Assembly (NCBI GenBank): GCA_965531145.1
Contig: CBESOE010000005.1
Location: forward strand, 4,762 to 68,761
DNA: 64,000 bases
Direction: 5' to 3'
From: an uncultured bacterium
GTDB taxonomy: Bacteria; Acidobacteriota; JAQAZP01
The notes beneath the pieces were generated by a model, which was given only the letters and a program-made list of their open reading frames with translations, ran no database searches and was not told where the DNA came from. This document shows, piece by piece, positions 1-7,684 of this stretch; positions within the stretch are counted from its first letter, which is position 1; each line of letters begins with the position of its first letter. The translations under genes were made by a program, and so were the position numbers.

Positions 1-1
1 C

Positions 2-700
2 CCACTGGGCTCCGGCCGCGGTGGCCAGCGGCCGGGCCATGAAGTGGCGGCGGTCGTCATCGAGGTAGCGGCCCACACCGAAATATGCTGGTGCGTAAAG
101 CTGCCCGGCGCGAAACCCCCAGCCACTGCCCGGCCCGGTGCGGAACTCGTGCTCCCAGTGCAGCAGGCCCAGGGTGGAGAAAACCAGGTCGGGGTCGGTG
201 TCGAGATCGTTGGGGGTCTCCACCAGTTGCTGGTTGTCGGCAAAGGCCCGTGTTATCGGGTGGCCAAAGGTCACGTCATGGGCGAAACCGAACACCAGCC
301 GGCCAGCACTGTTGCCGGTTCGCACCGGCTCCCAGGTCATCAGCGCCAGAAACTCGCTGATCGAGTGCGCCGGCCCGCCTTCACTGCCCCACTGGGCATT
401 TGCCGAGAAGTATCCGCCAAAGGAGATGTTGTTGTCAGCCCACAGACGATTCTTGAAATCAAAGTAGTCGGAACCGAGCAGCCCGTTGCCGATCAGGACA
501 TCGTCGTGGGGCCGCGGGTCGCTGGGCCCACGGTCCTCCAGCCACTTGCCCCGGGGCAGGATGCTTGAGAAGGGCTCGTCTTCGGCACCGAAGGCCGAAT
601 GTGCGACAAACAGGGTGCAGGCAATCACCAGCGCGGCAGCGGCCGCCACAACACGGCGAGCGCACTGTCGGCTCCATCCGGAGCGGGCACCTCCCTGCAC
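2..700 (-). CDS. secreted porin-like / outer-membrane protein, 3'-partial (continues past window start)
   Basis: Absent from the ORF track because it has no in-window stop. Hand translation of the minus strand starts at GTG 700, with GAGGAG 7 nt upstream and an in-frame TAG just upstream. It gives VQGGARSGWSRQCARRVVAAAAALVIACTLFVAHSAFG|AEDEPFSS (signal peptide), then Gly/Asn/aromatic-rich sequence (NRLWADNNISFGGYFSANAQWGSEGG, GRLVFGFAHDVTFGHP). Same strand as the sulfatase and 77 nt downstream of it. The family assignment is a guess. Confidence 0.6.
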   Translation of the reverse strand, partial: MQGGARSGWSRQCARRVVAAAAALVIACTLFVAHSAFGAEDEPFSSILPRGKWLEDRGPSDPRPHDDVLIGNGLLGSDYFDFKNRLWADNNISFGGYFSANAQWGSEGGPAHSISEFLALMTWEPVRTGNSAGRLVFGFAHDVTFGHPITRAFADNQQLVETPNDLDTDPDLVFSTLGLLHWEHEFRTGPGSGWGFRAGQLYAPAYFGVGRYLDDDRRHFMARPLATAAGAQW

Positions 701-777
701 GGTCTGCTCCTCGTTCCCGGCCTATGGATGAGAAATCCCCGGGGACCTCGCGGCCCCCGGGATGCACCCTGCTGGCG

Positions 778-2328
778 TTACTTGTCGCCAGCGCCCTTGG
801 TGATCGCTTCCATCACGCGGTCGAGGCTGAAACTGCCCGGCTTCTGGCGCGGCGGAAAGTCTCTGAAACTCTGCAGCCATTGGCCAACATAGGCGCCGGC
901 GGGCGCGAACATGAACATGTGCTCAAACTGCCACTTGCCGTAGCCGATGGCTTCATGATGGGCCCGCTCGAAGGGATCCGTGCGGAGATTGCCGATCATC
1001 GGCATCCGCAGTGTCTCGTATGGCTGAGACCAGACGTGCATTCCATGGGCGTTCTGCCTCAGGAAAGTGATCTTCCAGTCGTTGTAGCGCAGTGCCGCGA
1101 CGTTGCCGTCGTCGGTCCAGTAGAGGAACTCATGGCGTGGCCAGGCGGCCTCTCCCTTGAGCGCGGGCATCAGGTTGTAGCCGTCGAGGTGGACCTTGTA
1201 GTTCCTGTCTCCAACGGTCTTGCCTTTGAGCAGGTCTTCTTTGACGTTGGGGTCGCCCGCCGCCGCGAGCAGCGTGCTGAGCATGTCTTCATGCGAAGCG
1301 ATCTCGTTGTTGATCGTTCCAGGTTTGATGACGCCGGGCCAGCGAATCGCTGTCGGAACCCGGAAGCCGCCCTCCCATTGCGTGGCCTTCTCGCCGGCGA
1401 ACATGGTCGAACCGCCGTCGGGCCAGGTGAACACCTCGGCACCGTTGTCGGTGGAATACATGACGATGGTGTTGTCGGCAATACCCAGTTCATCGAGCTT
1501 GGCCAGCAGCTGGCCCACCATGGCATCGTGCTCCACCATGCCGTCAGCATATACACCAAGACCGGTCTTACCCTCGGACTCGGGCTTGAGGTGGGTCCAG
1601 ACGTGCATGCGGGTGCTGTTCCACCAGACAAAGAAGGGCTTGTCCGCCTTGGCGGCCCGATCGATGAAGTTGAGCGCTGCAACGGTGACTTCCTCGTCCA
1701 CCGTCTCCATGCGCTTCTTGGTCAACGGGCCGGTATCCTCGATCGCCCCGTCGGCATAACTGTGGATGACGCCACGGGGACCGAACTTCTCGGCGAAAGT
1801 TCGCCCGTCAGCGAGCTTCATATCCCCCGGATAGTCCGGGAGCTCCGGCTCCTCTTCAGCGTTCAGATGGTAGAGGTTGCCGAAGAACTCGTCGAAGCCG
1901 TGATTGGTCGGCAGCATCTCGTCGCGGTCACCGAGGTGGTTCTTGCCGAACTGACCGGTCATGTAGCCATGTTCCTTGAGCAACCCGGCGATGGTCGGAT
2001 CTTCTACCTTCATCCCTTCCGGGGCGCTGGGAAGGCCGACCTTGGTCAGGCCGGTGCGCATGGGTGACTGGCCGGTGATGAAGGAGGCGCGACCGGCGGT
2101 ACAGCTCTGCTGGCCATACCAGTCGGTGAACACAGCGCCTTCCTTGGCGATGCGGTCGATGTTCGGCGTCTGGTAGCCCATCATCCCCATGTTGTAGGCC
2201 GAGACGTTGAACTGGCCGATGTCATCCCCCCAGATGATCAGGATGTTCGGTTTGTCCGCTGCCGCTGCCGGCAGGGTCAGGGCCATGATCGCCAGCAGGG
2301 CAATCGCGAATCCAAGTGTTCTTCTCAT
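778..2328 (-). CDS. Cys-type arylsulfatase family protein (secreted)
   Basis: ORF 778..2361, with the start moved to ATG 2328 (AAGGAGG 9 nt upstream). Signal peptide MRRTLGFAIALLAIMALTLPAAAADKP. N-terminal sulfatase block NILIIWGDDIG...YGQQSCTAGRASFITGQSP, a C-x-A-x-R variant of the C-x-P-x-R formylglycine motif. Further family-like blocks are GKNHLGD and STDNGAE. Confidence 0.9.
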   Translation of the reverse strand: MRRTLGFAIALLAIMALTLPAAAADKPNILIIWGDDIGQFNVSAYNMGMMGYQTPNIDRIAKEGAVFTDWYGQQSCTAGRASFITGQSPMRTGLTKVGLPSAPEGMKVEDPTIAGLLKEHGYMTGQFGKNHLGDRDEMLPTNHGFDEFFGNLYHLNAEEEPELPDYPGDMKLADGRTFAEKFGPRGVIHSYADGAIEDTGPLTKKRMETVDEEVTVAALNFIDRAAKADKPFFVWWNSTRMHVWTHLKPESEGKTGLGVYADGMVEHDAMVGQLLAKLDELGIADNTIVMYSTDNGAEVFTWPDGGSTMFAGEKATQWEGGFRVPTAIRWPGVIKPGTINNEIASHEDMLSTLLAAAGDPNVKEDLLKGKTVGDRNYKVHLDGYNLMPALKGEAAWPRHEFLYWTDDGNVAALRYNDWKITFLRQNAHGMHVWSQPYETLRMPMIGNLRTDPFERAHHEAIGYGKWQFEHMFMFAPAGAYVGQWLQSFRDFPPRQKPGSFSLDRVMEAITKGAGDK

Positions 2329-2375
2329 CTGATCGATTCCTCCTTTGTTACACAGTTGCACTGTTGCACAATTGA

Positions 2376-3305
2376 CTACCCACCCACCGGGAGGGTGTAG
2401 GTCACGTTGAAGCGGTAGGAATTCTTTACTGCTGATCCCTGCCAGTCTTTATAAAACAAGCTGGTGCGGTATTCACCGTAAATGTTCCAGCTGCTCTTTT
2501 CGTTGACGAACACCTTTCCCACACGAAGGGCCATCGGCATGTAAAATTTGCTGGAGTCCCAGTCGTAGAGGGCCACCATGTCGCCGTTGCCAACATACCA
2601 GCCCTTGCCCAGACGGTAGTTGAGGAAGGGGGCGATTCCCAGCGGGTTAGCGTCGCTGGTGCCCGGAGCCAGGGCATCGGGATCGACGCTTTGCCAGGAC
2701 TGGGTGAGGAGCAGGCCGTAAAACCACTTGCCCTTGCTGTTGACCACGGCCGTGGCGAAACCGTAGCCCCACTCGTCCTTGGCCACCTTGGTGCTCCCCG
2801 GCGTGGTGATCAGCGGTCCGATGCCAAAGCGCCCCGAACCCCAGTCCCACTTTTTGGGGATGATCAGCGCAAAGATTTCCGTGTTGCCAAACCCGGAATC
2901 GCCATTTGCATTTTCGTAGTGCCGGAGGGTGACCCGCGGCAGGATGGTCATGCTGTTCAAGGCAATCGGCGCGACGATCCTCAACTGGACATAGTCGTCC
3001 AGGCCGGCGGGCCGGGTCGTGCCATCGTCCAGGGTGTCGTCGTGGTAGTCGGGCATGGTCTGGTAGGCGAGCTGGAACGACCACTGGGTGGCCGTGCTGT
3101 CCAGTGCCGCAGTCTCGCGGTCCGCCTCGGATTGCTCGGCAGCTTCGCCGGTATCGTCACTGGAATCATCACCGGAAGCGTCTTCCTCCTCGCCATCCGG
3201 TGCGCTGTCCGCGGTCGCTACGGCCGCCGGCCAGCAGACCAGTAACCCGCAGACAACAAGGACAACCCATAGCTGAAAGATTGAAGATGCTTTTCTTTTC
3301 GCCAT
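2376..3305 (-). CDS. putative outer-membrane beta-barrel protein, paralog A
   Basis: ORF 2376..3356, with the start moved to ATG 3305 (GAGGAGAG RBS). Signal peptide MAKRKASSIFQLWVVLVVCGLLVCWPAAVATA, then an acidic low-complexity linker (GEEEDASGDDSSDDTGEAAEQSEAD) and alternating beta-strand-like sequence. Shares blocks with 3372..4253: WGSGRFGIGPL vs SGKWGAGPAL, and APFLNYRLGKGWY vs EPIFNWKINDKWF. Confidence 0.75.
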   Translation of the reverse strand: MAKRKASSIFQLWVVLVVCGLLVCWPAAVATADSAPDGEEEDASGDDSSDDTGEAAEQSEADRETAALDSTATQWSFQLAYQTMPDYHDDTLDDGTTRPAGLDDYVQLRIVAPIALNSMTILPRVTLRHYENANGDSGFGNTEIFALIIPKKWDWGSGRFGIGPLITTPGSTKVAKDEWGYGFATAVVNSKGKWFYGLLLTQSWQSVDPDALAPGTSDANPLGIAPFLNYRLGKGWYVGNGDMVALYDWDSSKFYMPMALRVGKVFVNEKSSWNIYGEYRTSLFYKDWQGSAVKNSYRFNVTYTLPVGG

Positions 3306-3371
3306 TTTTCTCTCCTCATTTGGGCCTGACGGCCAAACAAAAAAGCCTGAGAACAAACCAGTGAACGATGA

Positions 3372-4253
3372 TTACCTTTCTCGATGAAGATTGGGGAATA
3401 TAAACCCGAGGGTGAAGCTGAAGACCGCCTTCGGGGCGGCATCGGGTTTGAAGACATGGTAATACCCTTCCAGTTTCAGATCGATTATCTGTTTACCAAC
3501 CCGGAACAGGCGACCGGCCCCACCGCCCACAGGGACGATCCAGCGGTTCCGGCCTGTCTGCATCCAGTTGACCATGATAATCGGGTCGGTGAACAGAAAC
3601 CACTTGTCATTGATCTTCCAGTTGAAGATTGGTTCAACCACCAGGTTGCTGATGTTTGAGCGGTCGGCATCGCCGCCAAGCGACCACAACTGCCTCGTGA
3701 TCATGGTCAGTCCCCAACGATCTTGCCGGGCCAGGAAGACCAGCGCCGGACCGGCGCCCCACTTGCCGCTGCCCAACTGGTCCTCGGTGGCGGTGGGGAA
3801 AGAAGCCACCATCCCACCCGCGATGCTGACCGGTTTCAAACCTCGAGGTTCAACCGCAAAAATATAGGAGATATCACCGAGCCCGGTGAGACTTTTCCCG
3901 CCCACCGGCTGGGTCTGATCCGGCAGCCAGGTGGCATTTTCGTCGAGGGCCGTTATCGGCACGACCACTCGGTTGATCACATACCATTCATTTGTATTGA
4001 AGGTGTAGATGGGACGGATGTTGAGCACGGTGAAATCGCCGTTGTGCGCCCCGTTATCAGTGGTGAACTTGAACGGCAGGGACAACACCGATTTGCGCTC
4101 GTCCCCCGCACCGGAGCCGGGCGCACCGCCGGAAATGTCCTCGGCAGTTGAATCCGCCCCGTCAGGGGGATCCGCCCCTTCCACGGCCATCAGGGCAGGA
4201 TGGAACACCAGCACGGTAAATATGGCGAACCATAAAGCCACTCGATTGTTCAT
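3372..4253 (-). CDS. putative outer-membrane beta-barrel protein, paralog B
   Basis: 293-aa ORF. Signal peptide MNNRVALWFAIFTVLVFHPALMAVEG, then an acidic/Gly linker and barrel-like alternating pattern. Paralogous to 2376..3305. Confidence 0.75.
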   Translation of the reverse strand: MNNRVALWFAIFTVLVFHPALMAVEGADPPDGADSTAEDISGGAPGSGAGDERKSVLSLPFKFTTDNGAHNGDFTVLNIRPIYTFNTNEWYVINRVVVPITALDENATWLPDQTQPVGGKSLTGLGDISYIFAVEPRGLKPVSIAGGMVASFPTATEDQLGSGKWGAGPALVFLARQDRWGLTMITRQLWSLGGDADRSNISNLVVEPIFNWKINDKWFLFTDPIIMVNWMQTGRNRWIVPVGGGAGRLFRVGKQIIDLKLEGYYHVFKPDAAPKAVFSFTLGFIFPNLHRER

Positions 4254-4380
4254 CTACTCACCCTGATCCGGGATGACTATCATTAATTCGTAGCCCGAAC
4301 CCGGTACCGGAACTCGCAATTCCTTGAGGGGGCCCAGGATGCGGATGGCGCCAGTACAAAGTAGAGAAATGCCTTGCAAC

Positions 4381-4680
4381 TCAGCTGACGGTGACCGGGG
4401 CCTGGAATTCCATGATTTTCATGTTCTCCATCCGCCCGAGGACTTCGATGGCTCCCATAATCGTCTGGAACCGCCCTGTCTGCATGTGCGCCTCGAGGAG
4501 AGCCATCGACTTCCAGTGCTCGACCCAGAGCAGCCGGTTGTTCCAACCGATCTGGTCATAAAGCCCCTGGTCCAGGCAGCCTTCTTCCCTTGCCTCGGGC
4601 CTGGAAAGCGACTCGAAGGTCTGGAAGAACTCGTGGCGTTGGCGACGATCCATGGTGATGATGACCTGAAAACCTACCAT
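4381..4680 (-). CDS. antibiotic-biosynthesis-monooxygenase (ABM)-like small protein
   Basis: ORF 4381..4749, with the start moved to ATG 4680 (GAGGAG 7 nt upstream). The 99-aa product MVGFQVIITMDRRQRHEFFQTFESL...WVEHWKSMALLEAHMQTGRFQTIMG has ABM/ferredoxin-like size and pattern. First gene downstream of the sigma-54 promoter. Confidence 0.65.
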   Translation of the reverse strand: MVGFQVIITMDRRQRHEFFQTFESLSRPEAREEGCLDQGLYDQIGWNNRLLWVEHWKSMALLEAHMQTGRFQTIMGAIEVLGRMENMKIMEFQAPVTVS

Positions 4681-4719
4681 ATCCCACTCCTCTTGTGCAA
4701 TGATCTCCCCAACTAGTAA

Positions 4720-4735
4720 AGCAATCGGGATGCCA
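4720..4735 (-). promoter_or_regulatory. sigma-54 (-24/-12) promoter
   Basis: The minus strand reads cTGGCATcccgaTTGCTt. GG and GC have exactly the consensus spacing of TGGCAC-N5-TTGCW. The GC lies about 40 nt upstream of ATG 4680, directly downstream of the sigma-54 activator gene. Confidence 0.6.
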
Positions 4736-4794
4736 GATGGCCGCCTCACCTGGTTATTCAGCCAAACTATTCATTTTATTCAGCTTAATTGAAA

Positions 4795-4804
4795 TTGTGC
4801 ACAA
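4795..4804. promoter_or_regulatory. perfect 10-bp palindrome TTGTGCACAA, candidate activator-binding site (UAS)
   Basis: Self-complementary 10-mer roughly 85-95 nt upstream of the predicted sigma-54 transcription start. It lies in the 178-nt gap between the activator stop and the ABM start. Confidence 0.35.
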
Positions 4805-4826
4805 AGAAGAGGACGCAGCCAGGCCA

Positions 4827-4836
4827 CCATATATGG
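4827..4836. promoter_or_regulatory. perfect 10-bp palindrome CCATATATGG, candidate UAS / bending site
   Basis: Self-complementary 10-mer roughly 120 nt upstream of the predicted sigma-54 start site. Confidence 0.3.
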
Positions 4837-4858
4837 CGGGTCACGGTATGTGGTGGAT

Positions 4859-6343
4859 TCAGGAGGGTCGGGACCACTTGATCCCCAGCTTGCTCATCCG
4901 GTTGCGGAGGGTGCTTGGTTTGAGTTGGAGAATCTCCGCGGCACCGCCGGATCCCTCCACCTTGCCGCCGGTCCGGTCGAGCACTCTCATGATGTGCCGC
5001 CGCTGGATCTCGTCCAGGCTCTGCGATTCGTCACCGGGGATACCCGGAGACAGGCCACCGCCGTTTTTCTGCAGCAGTGGCGGCATGCCAACGACCTCAT
5101 CCCGGGCGGCCACAACCGCACTCTCGAGCACGTTTTTCAGCTCCCGGATGTTGCCCATCCAGGGGTGCCGGGTAATCCTGTTCATAACGTGCACCGGGAT
5201 CTGGTCGACGGTCTTTCCCTGCTGGCTGGAAAAGCGGGTGAGAAAGTGATGGACCAGCAGGGGGATGTCCTCCGGCCGGTCGCGGAGCGGGGGGACAGTG
5301 ATCGGGTAGACGTTGAGCCGGTAGAAGAGGTCACGGCGAAAACGCCCGGCCTCCACTTCGTCCGCCAGGCAACGGTTGGTGGCGGTGATCAGGCGGACGT
5401 CGACGTGCTTGCCCTTCTCGCTGCCCACCCGCGAGACCATGCCGTCTTCCAGCACGCTGAGCAGCTTGGCCTGTATCTCCAGGGGCAGCTCGCTGATCTC
5501 GTCGAGGAAGAGGGTGCCCTTGTCCGCCAGCTCGAAGTGGCCCCGCCGCCGCTGGATCGCCCCGGTGAAGGCCCCCTTCTCGTGGCCGAACAGTTCGCTC
5601 TCGATGAGGCTGGTGGACATGGCCGCACAGTTGACCTTGATCAGCGGCCGTTTTCGACGCGGGCTGCGCCCGTGGATGGCCCGGGCCACCAGCTCCTTGC
5701 CCACGCCGGTCTCACCCTCGATGAACACGGTGGTGGTGGTGGGCGCCACCTCGGAGATCCGGTGCCAGACATACTTGATCGGCTTGCTCTCGCCGATCAT
5801 CTCCTCGAAGTTGGACGCCGCCTGGATCTCCCGCTGCAGGTAGATGTTCTCGGCCTCCAGCTGGTCGCGCAGCCGTGAGACCTCGGCCAGGGCAACCTTC
5901 AGGTCCTCCTCGGCCGCGACCCGGTCGGTGACGTCGGTGACGCTCTCCAGCACCTGCACCACCTCACCGTTCTCGTCCTTGATCGGCTGGGAAACGATGT
6001 AATGCCAGGCCCGGCTCGGGCCGTCGGTCCGGCGCCTGGTCTTGTGCGCCTCCCCGTCGGCAAAGGCCATCAGGGCCCCGCACCCTTCGCAGGGCGTGGT
6101 CCGGTCTTCGGAAAAGGTGAAGCACTTCTGCCCGACAGGATCCCCGTGCGGGATCATCTTGCGCAACTTCTCGTTCATCCAGACCACGTTGAGGTCACGG
6201 TCGATCAGCACCATCCCCGTGTCCAGCGCGGCGAGAATGACGCTCATCTGATAGCTTTCCCTGGCCAGCTCATCGCGGGAAAGGTCGTTCCAATCAGTGT
6301 CGTTGTGATCCTGGGAGTGGTTCGGCTTTTTTGGGTGCTTCAT
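4859..6343 (-). CDS. sigma-54-dependent transcriptional activator (PAS - AAA+ - Fis-type HTH)
   Basis: 494 aa. N-terminal PAS-like region with C-x13-C-x2-C (QKCFTFSEDRTTPCEGCG). AAA+ core has Walker A GETGVGKE, ESELFGHEKGAFTGA (GAFTGA loop) and Walker B LFLDEI. C-terminal HTH AAEILQLKPSTLRNRMSKLGI. No receiver domain. Confidence 0.93.
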   Translation of the reverse strand: MKHPKKPNHSQDHNDTDWNDLSRDELARESYQMSVILAALDTGMVLIDRDLNVVWMNEKLRKMIPHGDPVGQKCFTFSEDRTTPCEGCGALMAFADGEAHKTRRRTDGPSRAWHYIVSQPIKDENGEVVQVLESVTDVTDRVAAEEDLKVALAEVSRLRDQLEAENIYLQREIQAASNFEEMIGESKPIKYVWHRISEVAPTTTTVFIEGETGVGKELVARAIHGRSPRRKRPLIKVNCAAMSTSLIESELFGHEKGAFTGAIQRRRGHFELADKGTLFLDEISELPLEIQAKLLSVLEDGMVSRVGSEKGKHVDVRLITATNRCLADEVEAGRFRRDLFYRLNVYPITVPPLRDRPEDIPLLVHHFLTRFSSQQGKTVDQIPVHVMNRITRHPWMGNIRELKNVLESAVVAARDEVVGMPPLLQKNGGGLSPGIPGDESQSLDEIQRRHIMRVLDRTGGKVEGSGGAAEILQLKPSTLRNRMSKLGIKWSRPS

Positions 6344-6407
6344 GGGTCCGGTTCAGATCCTCGTCGAATCCTCGTGTGGGGATGGGCATGGCAGGCGCAA
6401 GAGCCCG

Positions 6408-7316
6408 TCACCAGGCGTACTGGTATCCCAGCACGACGGAGTAGTAGCGGGTGCCGGCACCGCGGTTGCCGCCGCTGCCGATCATCACACTCACCCCCTG
6501 GTTGGCCCGGATCGGGTAGGCCATGGCCACCGCCAGTCGCGTGTTGCGCTGGATGGTGGCCCGCTTGACGCCGTCGATGGTGGTCCGCCCGCCGTAGCCG
6601 TAGCCGGCGGCCAGCGCCCACCAGAACCCGGGGCGGATGGTGCGGATCGCATGCAGCTTGGTGACCAGCAGCGACTCCTGTTCGAGAAGCTGGCCCTCCA
6701 GGTAGTCACTGTTGTTGCCGAACAGCCAGGCGCCCACCGCGCCCTCGATGCTCCACTTGCCCAGCGGGTGACCGAACCCGATCTCGGGGATCAGGCCCCA
6801 GCGGTTGGCTCCGAGATTTATCGCCCTGGTCCCGTCGTATTCTCCGGTGGGCGCGATCACCTGCAGCCGGAGGCCCCACACCGTATCCGGTTCGTAATCG
6901 GCCATCTCCGCCGCGGACATGGCCTCGGCCCCGGCAAACAGGGTTTCGATAACCACCCGGGTGTCGGCGAGGCCGTTGGTGTCACGGGTGCGAAATTCGC
7001 CTTCGACAATACCGTCCCAGTGGCCGCTGGACCAGGGCTGCACCAGCTTCAGTTTCGTGGGCCGGCCGAACATCTCCAGGGTGCGGACATACCGTGCCAC
7101 CACCAGGTGCACTTCCGAATCGACGTCATCGATCGGCAGCGACGGATCGAGGAACACCGCGCCGGTCAGAAAACCGTACCCGATGCTGAAGAAATTGAGG
7201 CCCACCGGCGCCACTGAGTAGGACCGGGGCTCGAACTCCTGGGCGCCGGCCGGGGACAGACCAAACAGCGCACACAGAATGCCGGCAAGTACCCAGGCTC
7301 TGTTCAGTTTCACCAT
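6408..7316 (-). CDS. outer-membrane barrel, MetA-pathway/phenol-degradation-like (transporter) family
   Basis: ORF 6408..7406, with the start moved to ATG 7316 (AGGGAG RBS). Signal peptide MVKLNRAWVLAGILCALFGLSPAGAQE, then FEPRSYSVAPVGLNFFSIGYGF, the family-typical N-terminal block. C-terminal ...VVLGYQYAW. Confidence 0.8.
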   Translation of the reverse strand: MVKLNRAWVLAGILCALFGLSPAGAQEFEPRSYSVAPVGLNFFSIGYGFLTGAVFLDPSLPIDDVDSEVHLVVARYVRTLEMFGRPTKLKLVQPWSSGHWDGIVEGEFRTRDTNGLADTRVVIETLFAGAEAMSAAEMADYEPDTVWGLRLQVIAPTGEYDGTRAINLGANRWGLIPEIGFGHPLGKWSIEGAVGAWLFGNNSDYLEGQLLEQESLLVTKLHAIRTIRPGFWWALAAGYGYGGRTTIDGVKRATIQRNTRLAVAMAYPIRANQGVSVMIGSGGNRGAGTRYYSVVLGYQYAW

Positions 7317-7401
7317 GTTCTCCCTTAGCAGTTGTATCCAGGCTTGATCACAGGCCTGTGGTTCTGAGGAAACAAACGGTGATAAGGCATAATGCCCTAC
7401 T

Positions 7402-7490
7402 GTCATTGCGAGCGTAGCGAAGCAATCTCTCCGGCAACGATACCGACGTCAATGAGATTGCTTCGTCGCCTGCGGCTCCTCGCAACGACA
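7402..7490. repeat. ~89-bp imperfect palindromic element (REP/MITE-like)
   Basis: Inner perfect 12-bp stem cgaagcaatctc (7418-7429) / gagattgcttcg (7454-7465). Outer arms gtcattgcgag (7402-7412) / ctcgcaacgac (7479-7489) match 10/11. One frame of the right arm reads IASS..APRND, which I recall as typical of a widespread family of intergenic palindromes. Single copy in this window. Confidence 0.5.
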
Positions 7491-7684
7491 CCACGGGACA
7501 GCGCTGTTCCTTTCAATCACCAACTGCGGCTCATGATGAAAGTATAGAAGATGATTTTGAAGTTGACAATATTTAACCGAACCGGTGACCAGTGCTGCGG
7601 GATTCCGGCCGGAAAGAACTCGGCCCGCCGCCGACCGGTCTCTCGACGGTCGGGGCGGGCCGGTGGTCTGCCAATCATCACGGA

